Positions 43,475 to 59,001 of a DNA stretch of 64,000 nucleotides are shown here, piece by piece. A program made the position numbers and the translations under genes. Within the stretch, counting starts at the first letter, position 1, and each line of letters starts with the position of its first letter. Source of the DNA: the human T2T-CHM13v2.0 reference genome, Homo sapiens; assembly GCF_009914755.1 (NCBI RefSeq), contig NC_060926.1, one strand, 5' to 3'. Under the pieces are notes generated by a model. That model was not told the origin of the DNA and ran no database searches. It worked only from the letters and a program-made list of their open reading frames with translations.

Positions 43475-43808
43475 TAATTCTAAAATAAGTAACTCTTATC
43501 TTACTTAGATAATCTCTAATTCCTTTATGAACCCTGCTAGATATGTGATAGTACCTTTCTTCTCTCATTCCATCTTTCCAATGAAGAAGTGAAGCCTCCC
43601 AGAGCAACTCACTCAAGGTAAGAGAAGGTGGCAGGGCCATGATTTGAACTCGAGCTCCAAACTCTGAGTCCATACATTTGTTTTTTACTTTTTTAGTCCT
43701 TAACACTTTTTTAAACACTAATTTGTAGAGTTTTTTTTTTGTTTATCTCAGCTTTATTGAGATATAATTCATACACCATGTAATTCCACCATTTAAAGTG
43801 TACAACTT

Positions 43809-44118
43809 GGCTGGGCACAGTGGCTCATGCCTGTAATCTCAGCACTTTGGGATGCTGAGGTGGGAGGATCTCTTGAGCCCAGGAGTTCAAGACTAGCCTG
43901 AGCAACACAGTGAGACCCTATCTGTACTAAAAGTTTTAAAAATTGTCCAAGTGTGGTGGCGCGCCCTTGTAGTCCAGCACTTTGGGAGACTCGGGGGGAA
44001 GGATCCCGTGTGCTCATGGGGGTAGAGGCTGCAGTGAGCCATGACTGTGCCACTGCACTCCTGCCTCGGTGACAGAGCAAGACCCTGTCTCAAAGGTAAA
44101 ATAATATAAAATAAAAAA
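43809..44118 (+). mobile_element. AluJ
   Basis: TSD AAAGTGT(A/G)CAACTT. Confidence 0.88.
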
Positions 44119-44433
44119 GTGTGCAACTTAAGGGTTTTCAACATATTCACAGAATTGTAAAACCATTACTGCAATCAATTTTAGAAGATTTTCGTCACCC
44201 AAAAAACCCTTTATCTCTTACCCTGTTATTCCTCCATCCCCTTCCCTGCCCTGAGCAACCACTAATCTACTTTCTGTCTCTACAGATTTGCTTATTCTAG
44301 ACACTTAATATAAATGGAGTCATATAGTATGTGATATTCTGTGACTGGCTTCTTTCACTGAATACAATGTTTTCAAAGTTCATCCTTGTATCAGTACTTC
44401 ATTCCCTTTAATAGCCATATAATATTCCATTAT

Positions 44434-44881
44434 TTTATGGGTTGAATTATGCCCCCCAACTCATATGTTGAAATTCTAATGCCTAATGCCTCAGACTGTG
44501 ACTTTATTTGGAAATAGTTGCAGATGTAATTAGTTAAGATGATGTCATACTGGAAGAGTGAGTCCCTAATCCAACATGACTGGTGTCCTTATAAAAAGGG
44601 GAAATTTGGACACAGACATGCACACAGCGAGCATGCCAAGTGCAGATGAAGGCAGGCTCTGGGTGATAAGTCTACAAGCTGAAGAATGACAAAGATGGCC
44701 AGAAAAACACCAGAAGCTGGGACAGGGGCCTGGAACAGAGCCTCCTTCGCAGCCTCTGGAGGAACTGACTCTGTCTACACCTTGGTCTCTCACTCTCAGC
44801 TTCCAGTACGGAGACAATAAATGCAGGCTGTTTAAGCCCCCAGTTTCTAGTGGTTTGTTATGGTCCCCAGGAAACTATACC
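44434..44881 (+). mobile_element. MLT1B/C LTR
   Basis: TTATGGGTTGAATTATGCCCCCC..CCCTAATCCAACATGACTGGTGTCCTTATAAAAAGGGGAAATTTGGACACAGAC. Confidence 0.82.
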
Positions 44882-45192
44882 ACATTTTGTTCACCCATTC
44901 ATCAGTTCATGATCATTTGGGTTGTTTCCACTGTTGGGCTATTATGAATAATGCTGCTGTTGACATTCGTGAACAAGTTCTTGTGGTAACATGTGTTCTC
45001 ATTTCTCTTGGTATATACCTAGCAGTGAAACGCTAAGTCATACAATAACTCTATGTTTAAACGTTTGAGCAAGTCTCAGACTGTTTTCCAAAGTGGCTGC
45101 ACCATTGTGCACTCCCACTGGCAGCATGTGAGGATACCAGTTTCTCTGCATCTTCAGCAACACTTGTTATTGTCTGTTTTATTCTAGTCATC

Positions 45193-45859
45193 TGTATTAG
45201 TCTGTTTTTACGGTGCTGATAAAGACATACCCGAGACTGGGTAATTTATAAAGAAAAAGAGGTTTAATGGACTCACAGTTCCATGTAGCTGGGGAGGCCT
45301 CGCAATCATGGTGGAAGGCAAAAGGCACATCTTACACGGCAGCAGGCAAGCGAGAAGGAGACCCACGCGAAGGGGGTTTCCCCATGTAAAACCATCAGAT
45401 CTCAGCCGGGGGCAGTGGCTCATGCCTATAATCCCAGCAGTTTGGGAGGCTGAGGCAGGCTGATCACCAGGTCAGGAGATCAAGACCATCCTGGCCAACA
45501 TGGTGAAACGCTGTCTCTACTAAAAATAGAAAAATTAGCTGGGCATGGTGGTGGGCGCCTGTAATCCCAGCTCCTCAGGAGGCTGAGGCAGGAGAATGGC
45601 TAGAAACAGAGAGTCAGAAGTTGCAGTGAACCAAGATCACACCATTGCACTCCAAACTAGCAACAGAGTGAGACTCCATCCCAAAAACAAAAACAAAAAA
45701 AACCCCAAAAAACCATTATTCACTACCATGAGAACAGTATAGGGGAAACCTCCTCCATGATTAAATTATCTCCCACTGGGTCCCTCCCACGACACATGGG
45801 AATTATGGGAGCTACAATTCAAGATGAGATTTGGGTGGGGACACAGCCAAACCATATCA
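45193..45859 (-). mobile_element. THE1C-like solo LTR split by an Alu
   Basis: TGTATTAGTC..CCAAACCATATCA; 5-bp TSD (T/C)CATC. Confidence 0.9.
45404..45711 (+). mobile_element. AluSc-like
   Basis: GAGATCAAGACCATCCTGGCCAACATGG. Confidence 0.88.
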
Positions 45860-46098
45860 CCATCCTAGTGGGTGTGACATGGTATCACACTGTGGTTTGG
45901 ATTTGCCTTTCCCTGATGACTAATGATGTTGGGCATCTTTTCGTGTGCCTAGCGATTTGTATATCATCTTTGGAGAAACGTCTATTTGAATTCTTTGCCC
46001 ATTTTAAAATTGAGTAGCCTTTTATTATTGAGTTGTAAGCGTTCTTTATTCTAGATACAAGTCCCTTATCAGATATCTTATTTACAAATATTTCATTA

Positions 46099-46448
<350 letters not shown>

Positions 46449-46697
46449 AATATTTCTTTAAAATCTGTGAGTGTTTTTTTTCCACTTCCTTGATGTGTCC
46501 TTTGTAGGACAAAAGTGTTATTTTTGAAGTCCAATTTATCTATTGTGAATTAGTATTTTATTTTACTGTTTTGCCTTTACACTTGCCCCTCTGTAATCAT
46601 TTCTCCAGGTGCAGCCAACATGACCTTTTATAAAGTGTGAAACAAATCATGCTGGCCCTCTGCTTGTAAAAAACACATCCAAGGAGGAGATCGAGAA

Positions 46698-46815
46698 GGA
46701 GGTCGAGGCGGCAGTGAGGCGTGATCGCGCCACTGCACTCCAGCCTGGGAGACAGAGCGAGACCCTGTCTCTAAAAACAGACAAACAAACAAACAAACAA
46801 ACAAACAAACCAAAC
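46698..46815 (+). mobile_element. 5'-truncated Alu right-arm fragment with (AAAC)n tail, inside an L2
   Basis: GGAGGTCGAGGCGGCAGTGAG..GACCCTGTCTC. Confidence 0.8.
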
Positions 46816-46829
46816 AACACACCCAAGAA

Positions 46830-47330
46830 GATTTTGAGATTCTGCACCCTCTGGGTCCTGTCCACCTCTTCAGCATCAGCTCCCGGCCACAGCCATTGCT
46901 CCCTTGCTCCCAGAGCTCCCACTGCTCTGACCTTCTTCTCACAAGGTCTACTTAACTCCTGCTTCAGAGACTTTGCATTTGCTGTTGCTTTGTAACACTC
47001 TCCTCTCTGATTTGCACTCAGCTGCTCCTCCTCATTCTGGACTCAGCTCAAATGTCACTTCCTCCCAGAAGCCTTTCCTGATTGTCCTCTTGGATGTAGC
47101 TACTTTACCCTACCAGGATATTCTTTATTCCATCCTTCTGCTTCATTTCCCTCAATAGGACTTATGTGACATTATTTTAGTTGTGTATTTACTTACTACC
47201 TGCCTTCCCCTGCTAGATCTAAGTTCTAAAGCACCTACCACCTTCTCTGGCTTGTTCAATTACTACATCCTAGTTTCGAGGACAGCGCTTGGCATATACT
47301 AGGTATTTAGTAAATATTAGTTGAATTAAT
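46830..47330 (+). mobile_element. L2 3' fragment
   Basis: CTCAGCTCAAATGTCACTTCCTCCCAGAAGCCTTTCCTGA..TAAATATTAGTTGAATTAATGA. Confidence 0.75.
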
Positions 47331-47537
47331 GAGAAACGCAGTACAGCTAGACAGAGTATATTACAACATGGCACTTCAGAAATGAAAGGAACTTTCCTAA
47401 ATCTTAGGACCAGAAAAAACCTTAACCCTTCAGGTTTTATTGAGTCCTATCAGTATAGTTTACCTAACTTGGAACACTGCTTCTGACAAGTGGGAATATC
47501 AACTCCTCGCTTATGCTGTATCCATACGTATACTAGA

Positions 47538-47690
47538 ACAATGCTTCTCAAATTGTAAAGTGCAAACACATTGCCTGAGGATCTTGCTGAAGATCAGGCT
47601 CTGATTCAGCAGGTCCAAGGTTCTGCACTTCTACCTGGCTCCCAGGTGATGCCAGTGCAGCTGATCTGGGGACCACACTTCAAGTAGCAA
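47538..47690. mobile_element. MER5A
   Basis: CAATGCTTCTCAAATT..CTCCCAGGTGATGCCAGTGCAGCTG..GGACCACACTTCAAGTAGCAAGG. Confidence 0.75.
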
Positions 47691-48029
47691 GGGTTGAGGC
47701 GACAGGAGTCCTTAGCTCATATGTGACGGTGTCACGCCACCACCATACTGAAACTGGAACCGAACTGAGGCTCCTGATGTAGAGGGAAAAAGATTTCAGT
47801 CTGTAGTGGGGCAAGGGACCCAATCCAATCACCACTGCCCTCCCAACCACTGCTTGCATTCTGTCTATAAACATATTTTTACCAGAATACTTGAGTGGAG
47901 AGAAGACCCCCATCATGGGGGGAAAAGAAACCACTGTGCCTTCACATATCTTAAACCAATGGCTTTTCCTTATGCTGAATTAACATGTCTTCTCTCATTT
48001 TGTATGCTGAAGGATTAGCACCTCCCTGC

Positions 48030-48700
48030 AATTCAATTATATGAACATTTATGGAGCACCTACTGTGTGCCTGCCTGCTCTGTTTTGGAGCTAGAGATAC
48101 AAAGATAAATAAAACACCTCCCCTTCTCCCAGGAGCCTAGTGACTGCAGTGAGCTGAGAAAACAGATGTTTTAGTCATGATCTAATGTGAACATTTGTAT
48201 AATGCAAGCATCCAGTGCTCTGGGGCAAGAGAAGCATTGTATTTCCAGAGTGAAGTTGAGACTTACCAGTTCAATGAAATGAATGCGCCCATCTCGTCTG
48301 AATCATTAATTGGCTACAACAATTACTTCACATGCCAATGAGAATAGAGAGGATGCTGATGTGCACAGGCAGGGAGGAAGGGCAGGGGTGGCACTTCACA
48401 GCGTGCTCCTGACTCTATCCCCTCACAACAGCGCTAGGCTATGTGTAAAGCACTGTGGAAGCAGGGGGAACTCAGAGTTTTACCCAGAGACTTCAGAAAT
48501 GATGTCTGGAGGGGAGATTTGGGTTCGATCCTGAAAGAGGACCAGAAGTTTGCCAGATGGACAAGAGGAAGAGTGCTCCAGGCAGAGGAGTCCCCATGAG
48601 GGGTCACGGACAAGGAAATCCATAATGTGCTCAGTGAATGGTGAGTTAACTTGCCCTCTGGGAAACAGATGAAAGGCAGGGAGACTGCATTCAACTTAAT
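48030..48700 (-). mobile_element. L2 fragments
   Basis: ACATTTATGGAGCACCTACTGTGTGCC..GCTAGAGATACAAAGATAAATAAAACA. Confidence 0.65.
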
Positions 48701-48754
48701 GGCACGCAAGGGCACTGTGAGCTGGGAAACATGGCAAGCTTGGTGTGGTGAAAG

Positions 48755-49069
48755 TGGGGCTGGCAAACTTTTTCTATGAAGAGCCATATAGTATTGCAAA
48801 TATTTTAGGTGTGGGGGCCATTTGACGTCTGTCGAAACTACTCAACTCCGCTGCCGTGGATAAGAGGTAAAAGAATGGTGTGGTGCTGCCGAAACTTTAT
48901 AATCACTCAAATTTGAGTTCCATGTAATTTTCACACGTCATGAAATATTCTTCTTCTTCTCATTTTCTTCAACCATTAAACAGTGTCAAAACCATTCTCA
49001 GCTCACAAACACTACAAAAACAGGTTGTGAACTATATTTGGCCCCTGGGCCACAGTTTGCAGATCCCTG
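48755..49069 (+). mobile_element. MER58B hAT element
   Basis: GGGGCTGGCAAACTTTTTCT..GGGCCACAGTTTGCAGATCCCTG TIR-like ends. Confidence 0.8.
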
Positions 49070-49631
49070 GGTCAAAATATGGTGTGGGGAGGGCCAGGGT
49101 CAAGGAAGTTGGGGAAAAGGCTGGAACAAACTGTGACGAAGGAGTTTAAACCTTATCTAGGGGCCAAACGGAAACCACTGGACATTCTTTAGCCCAGGGA
49201 GAACATATCCAGATAAGACACAAGTGGACTTCTGCACCAACTAAGAGGGGGCCTTGCAAAATTAAGAATGGGTCTTCGTGGAGGCGGAAGAGACTGAGTT
49301 GACTCAAGAAGATAAATTATTGCATGCACTTTAAAAGCTTTAGAGAAACTTATTTACATACAGAGTGCTTATTAAACTCTTTTTTGCTCTTTCATTAAAA
49401 CAAACCACACCCTCTGTCGGTACTGGGTTGTGTTGTTCTGAGTACTTGAAAACAACACATGGCATTTTCTTAATAACTCAAAGACAAATACTTTTTATTA
49501 ACACAAGTTCCTTTGCTCATATAGTCCAATTTACTGAGATTTTATCCTGTATGTGTTTTAAGTCCATAAGAGTGACTCAGAGCTGGAAGTTCCAATGCCC
49601 TGACTCTGGACAAGGATGATACAATTATACT

Positions 49632-50780
<1,149 letters not shown>

Positions 50781-51192
50781 CGTATATGACTGATCATATT
50801 TAATTTACCTATTACTCTCTTTCCAGTTCAGCAATGAGTGTGTCATCTATTCAAACTGCTTTGTTAAAATAAAAAAATGAACAGGCCTCAAGTTATCTGT
50901 AAAGTTAGCAATGAATAAATCTGCTTGTTATCTAAATCTACCATCTTAACAAAATGACCACTTTCTCAAAAATTTAGCTCCCAATGGCATCTAAAACATG
51001 CCTCATTCTCAAAAGTCTAGGACAATAATTAGAGTCTCAGTACTAATGTTTAGCAATGCTTTGTGGCATTTTTCTCTCTTGTGTCTAAACTAACATAAAA
51101 CACAGAAAATGGCAGCACGAACACCAGGACACCAGGACGGGGAGGCGCCTTAGAAATTAGCTAGTCCAAGCTACACTCTTTAGGGAGGCTAG

Positions 51193-51503
<311 letters not shown>

Positions 51504-52136
51504 TAGGGAGGCTAGCTTACTTATCACAGAGAAGCCATTTATTACCAAAACCCAAGTTTTCATTTGTAAAATAGTTTCTGGGTGCTAAAGTGAGATAACT
51601 GTGGTAAATGTACTCAATCTTCTCTCACTTTGGGGATAAATGGGTCCCTTCAGCAACACGATTTTGGGCAGAGTATTATTAAGTTACGAAAAGAAACTTT
51701 CAGTTATACTTCCATGTTCACATCACCAGGGTTTTTAGGTTGTTGTTACTATTTCTTACCATAGTTCTTTCAAAGCACATATTTGCCCATTCCAAGAGTA
51801 ATCATTTACAAGTTAATAGCAAGTGAACTGGACAAGTCTTGTGTAAACCAGCCAACCCTCAAGCAAATTTCAGAGTCAAGAACATATTTTACACCTTGAT
51901 CTGAGAGTGATAAATCCCAGGTTCTTGTGAACTACTAGAGGCAGAAGATTCCTTTGGAAAATGGGCTGTTGGCCAATCTCACTGGGCCGCTAAAAATTTC
52001 ATTTTTGGGAGGAGAGTCTCTTCTCTGGAAACGATGTCTTTAACATCACGTTTTCGTTCTCTCCTTTTCCTCTTCCTTTCCTTCTCCTTCTTCCTTCCTC
52101 CTTTTTCTTCGCCTTTTTTTTTTAAAAAAAATAATA

Positions 52137-52451
52137 CAGGCCTACAATCTCTTACTGAAACCCCAAGGGCCAGATATGTGTGGATTCAGAAATTTTCGGA
52201 TTTTAGAAAGGTAACACATTGCATATGATAACATATTCCTAATTACCCCCAGTAGGGTCTGGGGCAATACTTCATAATCAACCATGTTTATATTTTGCAG
52301 CAAAACATACATATTCACATGAGGTAGGATAAACAAGACCACACATAGCCTCACATCAGTTCATTTCAGATGAATTTTACTATTAAGAACTATTTGTAAA
52401 GCTACATTTTCAGGGCTTTTTAGTAATTCTGGTTAAGGAAGTATAGGCCTG
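52137..52451. mobile_element. MER46C-like Tigger DNA transposon
   Basis: TA-CAGGCCTA...TAGGCCTG-TA inverted ends; GGGCCAGATATGTGTGGATTCAGAAATTTTCGGATTTTAGAAAGGTAA. Confidence 0.75.
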
Positions 52452-54039
52452 TAAGGACATTACCAGCATACTCTTCTTCTCTTGATGCATTTAAAAAAAT
52501 GAGTATGTGTAGAGTGTTTCCTTGATCCATGTTGAACTTTAATTTTATTGTTATTTATTGGAAGCTACTCATTCTTATATTAATCTCAGAAAGGCATTAG
52601 CTATGTTTTGCTCTGGTCTTGCTTTAATTCTAGGCTTATGCAGTAGGCAAGTTAGATTTCTAAGGGATGATGGAGGAATAAATGGCTCTAGCATTCTACC
52701 AATTTGGTATCCTCTTTAGGCCACCAATGAACTTGGTAACTAATTGTTGTTTTCCACCAGCCTTGCAATGCAACACAGCTTTGCAATTTTATTTTTTTGA
52801 GGCTACTAAAGCTTCCTGTATCTGCAAAATTAAACTAAAAGAAACAAGAACCGGAGTTGTATATAAAGAGAGAACAGAGAATACCAAGCTTAACTTTGTC
52901 CTTGTAGAAGTATTGATTAGTCTGGTTAATGCTGTACTAGACATCAAGGAAAAACCCGACTTTCTTTCTTAGATCCCTCATAGCCTCATAGAGACCAGCC
53001 CTCTACAAATCAAGACTTGAAAAGTTATTCAGCATATTCCCTCATGTCAAAAACTGTAGCTGGGAAACTAGGTAGGCGGGAACAGAATCTGCCTGGTGTT
53101 GGAGAGGATGTATTAATATAAATAATAAACACAAAACATGAATTGTAGAAGGTTGCAAATAGAGGAAAACTTCAGACACCAAAAGGATCAAAAAACATAA
53201 AAAGAAACAGATACAATTTTTAAATTGTAACTTGTTGTCTAGTGCAATGATAAAAGCTATCCACGAATACAGCGATTTTAGAAAGTTAAATTTTACATGC
53301 AGTGCTACTAAAATACCAAAGGCCATACATAATGTCTGACCCAAGCTGCCACCTCATATAGCAACTTCTTACATGGGGGCTTTAAAAAGATTGTTTGACT
53401 GGTCTACTGTCCTGCAGTGTCAGGAGACGGCTTTGTCTGACATATTGAATTTCCAGTGTCTCTCACACTTCCTCCTTTTCAGATGCACAAAAGGTTTTTG
53501 TAAAGTTTCTCTTGGTTTTACCGCTGGCAGCTACAGAAACCATGCCACAAGTCTGGTGTAGAGTTATAGGGTGTGATTTTATTTGACTGGTATCTTCAGA
53601 GCTTCTGGATTTTTCAGTATAACCGAGAATTTCCTTAAGAGCTGTAAATAAAAATCGGTACCAGTTCGAACCCTTTACTGGCCCGGTTTTGTGTGAGGTT
53701 GGCTGGCTGCTGTAGCACGTTCTCCCCCTCCTCCTCCTCCTGCACCCCCTCGGTTCCCTCCTCTGCCTGCGGGAATACCACTTCAGGGCGTTCAGCAGCC
53801 TTCCCAGGGTGGGTCCTGGCCTAGTACCCTAAAACTATAACCGAGAATACCTATCATTGGGCAGCCTAGGAAACGCGACTGGGACTTTTAGTAGGGGCCC
53901 CTCACCGCTCTGAAGCACTCACACTTGAGTCAGGGAACATGGGTTTGAATCCCCACCCGGCCGTTTATCTTGTGCTCTTGGGCACACTGTGTCCCCTATA
54001 TAAAATAAGCACCCATCTCTTCATCTGTCTCCTAGGCCT

Positions 54040-55690
54040 GCGACGATGCAATGACTGCACGCAAAGCGCACATTCACGGTCAGGTCACTTCTGGCGTCCG
54101 GCTGTGGTCCCCGCAGGGTGCCCGCCGGCGGAGCGCATCCTCCGGCAGGGGGCGAGCTCCGCACCCCGCTTTCCTCATGGGCCGGCGCGGCCCGCCGTTC
54201 AAGTGGGGAGCCCAGAGGTGCTCCGCGCCGTGGGCGGGGGGCGGTTGGCGCGCACAAGGCCGGACTCCGGCGGGGCGCACCTCCACACGCACCCTCGCGG
54301 GCAGCGGGTCGGAGTCGGGGCCTCGGGCCGGCTGGGGGCGGGGCATGGGCGCGGCGCGCGGGGCCCGGAACGCCGAGACAATGCGGCGCGCGGCGGCCAG
54401 GAACGGCTCGGCGGGCCGGGGCGCGCGCCGCCTTCCTTCCTGCGGGATCCGCTTCCCGGCGGCGCGGCAGCGGCGAGCGCGCCGATTGGCGGCCCGGTCC
54501 TCCCGCCGCCCCGCCCCACGCCCGGCCGGCCGCCGCCCCCGGCCCGGACCCGCCCCTCTCCGCGGGAGGCGTCGGGGCCCGCGGCTGGGTGGCGGGTAGT
54601 TCCCGCCGGCTGTGCGCGCCCGCCTCGGGGCTCGCTCTGAGAGGACGCGGCGGCAGCGGACTCGGAGCCCTCGGCGCGCAGGCGGGCGGACCGGCCGAGC
54701 TGCGCGGGGCTGCGCGCCGCCCCTGCTCCGCCGCCAGGCCCCGCGCGGCTCCCGCGCCCGGCGCTCCCCTTTGTCCGCGGGCCGGAGCGGCGGCGGCAGC
54801 GGCGGTGTCCGAGCGGCGGTCGGAGCCTGCTGCGGCAGTTGAGGCGGCGGCGCCCCTGCGGCTGTGCGCCAGCGCCCTCGCGCCGAGGCGATGCCGGACC
54901 AGATCTCCGTGTCGGAATTCGTGGCCGAGACCCATGAGGACTACAAGGCGCCCACGGCCTCCAGCTTCACCACCCGCACGGCGCAGTGCCGGAACACTGT
55001 GGCGGCCATCGAGGAGGTGAGGCGGCCTGCGCGGCGGCTCCGGCCGCAGGTATCCCGCGCCCCAGCCCCGCCCGCCGCTCCCGCATCCGCATCCCGAGAA
55101 AACTTTCTTTGCTCCGAAGCCGGACGCGGCCGGGCCAACCCTGCCCGAGACAGAAGCCCTTTGTTCCCGCCTAGGTGGCTCGGAGGAGATGGGTGATGGC
55201 CACCTTGGGCCTCTTTAAGACCTCCCCTCTCTCGGCCTCGTGGCCCTCGCGGGGTTCCGCGGCCTGGTCTTTTCCCCGCAGCGCGGCCAACTTTGTCCAG
55301 AGTCGGGGTCCGCGGCGAGCGGGGGATCCCGCTGCCCGCCGCCGCCCGCCGCCGCCCGGGGTCTTTGGTACCCGGTGCGGACCTTATCAACTTGTTCTTG
55401 AAGTGGACCGGCGGGGGCAGCTCCGCGCTCCGAGCTCCCCGCCGCAGCCCCCGAGCGCCGCAGGGCCCCCACCCTCGGGTCCGCGGGTCCGGGGCATCCC
55501 GGGCTGCCCGGGAAGGCGTGCCCGCCTCAGCCAGGGCGGCCTGGCTGCGCTCCACCCGTGCCCGGAGAAGGAACTGCGGGCAAGGTGTGTGAGAGTCGGC
55601 GCTTCTGGGTCCAAGAAGCCTCCAGGAGCCGCTCCCCGGTTACCTGGGTCTCACCTGCTTGAACCCGGAATGCCGCCCTTCCCCCTCAAC
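54040..55690. promoter_or_regulatory. ASAP2: CpG island / TATA-less promoter, GC-rich 5'UTR and start of intron 1 of ASAP2
   Basis: Very high GC and CpG density; GC boxes (GGGGCGGGG 54335-54343, several CCGCCC 54500-54556); inverted CCAAT box ATTGG 54485-54489; no ATG between 54384 and 54890. The exact TSS cannot be read from sequence. Confidence 0.92.
54891..55016 (+). CDS. ASAP2: ASAP2 (ArfGAP with SH3, ankyrin repeat and PH domain 2) first coding exon, 42 codons, phase-0 donor
   Basis: ATG at 54891 (gaggcgATGc) translates to MPDQISVSEFVAETHEDYKAPTASSFTTRTAQCRNTVAAIEE, recognised as the ASAP2 N-terminus. The exon ends at GAG|GTGAGG (GT at 55017) after 126 nt and lies inside a CpG island. 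Confidence 0.96.
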
Positions 55691-57293
55691 CTGGAAAAGG
55701 CCTGGTTTTAGTAAAGTGCTCTCAAGGTGCAAAGTCATCACGCCTAGCTGCTAAGCAGTACGCTCTCCAGGTCCTGGGGAGAGGAACACGTAGGAACGAA
55801 GAAGCTTGGTTGAAAATTAAAGCCGTGGGGAAAGGGGCAGAGTCTGTGAGTCCAGGGGCCACCGTTGGCTGTGGTTTGAGGCACATCCTCACCTGCAGTC
55901 CTCCTTTTCCTTACCCACCAAACGGGATTAGTAATGCATCCTTTCCAGGATCAGAGACTGTGTGAAGTGCTTAGCACTCTGCTCGGCTCAGAATAGGTTT
56001 ACAAGTCACACGTGTGGCAATAGTGAATCTGTGATTAAATGTCTCTGGGCCAGGATGTCAGGTTACAGTTTTAAAATTGGGTATTGCAGGTGTTTTAGCA
56101 GAAGACGCCTGGGCTAGCAGGAGTGTGTGTGTGGGTGGGGGGGTGGGTGTCACCAAAGAGCTTTAAATGAAGCAATGGCGTTATTTTTTTTTTCTGGTTT
56201 TTTTTTTTTTTTCCCATTTGAACAAAGCATCTGCTATTAGGAATTGCTTGAAAAAAAATCCAGAATGTTTTCCCTTAATGGAAAAATTTTTTCTTTGTAG
56301 CTGTAAACAGTCAATAAAAGGGAATCAAAAGTAACATTCAGCATTCTGAATCCTGTTAATATAACTTGGGTAGCCTTCCTTCTCTCCATTTAATTTGGCG
56401 GAAGAGAGCTGCATGTAAACCTTTCCTATGAATTCGGTGATTCCCCAGATCACTTAATTCTACTTTTAGCAGCAAGGCTTACAGATGATGCCTTCAAATG
56501 AGGCAGATGGGGATGGGTGAATGAAATTTTTTCCTAAGTGCCAGTTAAAAAGCACGGTGTTTTGAGAATACACCATTAATAATGTTTATGGAATGATTGC
56601 AACCAAAAAGGTAGCTGAATATTTCTTAAGGGAAGGAAGCATTGTGCATGATGTCTTTCTTTAGAAAGCTTGATTATGTTTAAAGTTCTGTTGCTTTTCC
56701 CCACTGCAGTTTGTCAGTTAAATATTATTAACACTGGCAGATGTTGGAAAGCCAAGCAAACAAGAATTGCTATTAAAATTGGCATACCCTTTCTCTGATT
56801 AATTTTAGTTTACAGTGTATAATTCCAAAGCTCTTTTTGTATGCTGTGCAGGAGATTACCCTAGAGCTCAGTTACTGAGCAGATTACAAAGAGACTGGAT
56901 TTGGTCATTTCATTAAATTGCAAGCTTGCTTCATGCTGCCGTCTAAGCCCAAGAATTGGTTCAAGTCTCAAAATGGAAAAATTAAAATCATTTCAGGTTT
57001 ATTTCACTTTAAGCAAATCTACATACATGCTATGATGATGGTATGTGTGAGCTTGGTTTTATAACTAAATTTGAAAGTTGTTCACTTTCTGAGGTAAATC
57101 AATGTGGATTTCTTTAAATAATGCTCTTTCCCAGGTGTCTAATGTTCGTGTCTATTACCAAAACTTGTTCTATGTATGGTTTAATAACAATTGATGTGTA
57201 CAGTATTTTGGTTTTAAACAAAAATCTTCTCATACTGAGACGAAACATGAGAGGGTATCATGACATAAAGTTACTCATTTAACAAATAAATAA

Positions 57294-57662
<369 letters not shown>

Positions 57663-57829
57663 TAATTTTAAACTGATTAACCTTTTTGAATCTGTTATTT
57701 CCAATGTAGGTTCTATCTGCCAAAGAATCATTTTACAATTAAAATGTGCTGTTTTGATTTGCATACTTGTTGCTGGAATATTATTATAGTAACTGTTGGG
57801 CCCTTATCCTGTACTATGAAACTCACAGG

Positions 57830-58190
57830 TATTGAATTCAGTCCTTATCTCTGCTTTATAGGCGAGGAAATTGAGGCTCAGAGAGGTTAAGTAATTTGCC
57901 AAAGGTTATAGAGCTCTGAAGTGGACTTTGAACTTGGCTCCTGCTGTTTTCAGAAACCATGCTGCTTCCTGTTACTTTTCTTAATGCCGAATTCTCTAAA
58001 TTACTCCTTTGTCAGATTGACCTGGGTTCAAGTTCAGGCTCTACAGCTTGCCAGCTGAGTGAACTTGAGTGAGATGCCTAACATTTTCTTATTTTCCTCA
58101 GCTTTAAAGTCTGGTTAATAATACCTATCAACTTCAGAGGATTGTGGTGAGGGTTTAGGAAGATAGTACATAGCACAGAAGCTGCCAGAC
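57830..58190. mobile_element. Two MIR fragments in opposite orientation
   Basis: GAGGAAATTGAGGCTCAGAGAGGTTAAGTAATTTGCC (-) and CCTGGGTTCAAGTTCAGGCTCTAC (+). Confidence 0.7.
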
Positions 58191-58310
58191 AATTAGTTAC
58201 CAGATTATATAGTGAGTCCACAGGCCCCAGTGAGGGCTTTTGGAGTGAGGATGGGATTTACATGGGGGGAAGTGTCAGGGAAATGGATGAATGGCTGAAT
58301 GGGTGAGTGA

Positions 58311-58624
<314 letters not shown>

Positions 58625-58643
58625 ACCCATGTGTATTTTTTAA

Positions 58644-59001
<358 letters not shown>

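Noticed and set aside
53618-53848. Exact 13-mer TATAACCGAGAAT repeated 218 bp apart near the promoter
   Set aside because: One nearby 13-mer match in 64 kb is within chance expectation, and it matches no motif I recognise.
53997-54004. TATATAAA upstream of the CpG island
   Set aside because: It lies in a MIR-like remnant about 900 bp upstream of the ATG and well upstream of the GC/CCAAT boxes; unlikely to be the core promoter.
54787-54805. GGC repeat in the ASAP2 5'UTR
   Set aside because: Only ~6 interrupted units; too short to suggest an expansion locus.
54864-54890. Possible GTG-initiated N-terminal extension of ASAP2
   Set aside because: Near-cognate start in weak context (+4 C) that would add only 9 aa. 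An in-frame TGA at 54840 limits any extension, and nothing else supports it.
53939-55711. Long overlapping ORFs (233, 304, 300, 204 and 178 aa) across the CpG island
   Set aside because: Stop codons are rare in very GC-rich DNA, and the products are low-complexity Ala/Arg/Pro/Gly. Only the 42-codon ASAP2 exon is recognisable.
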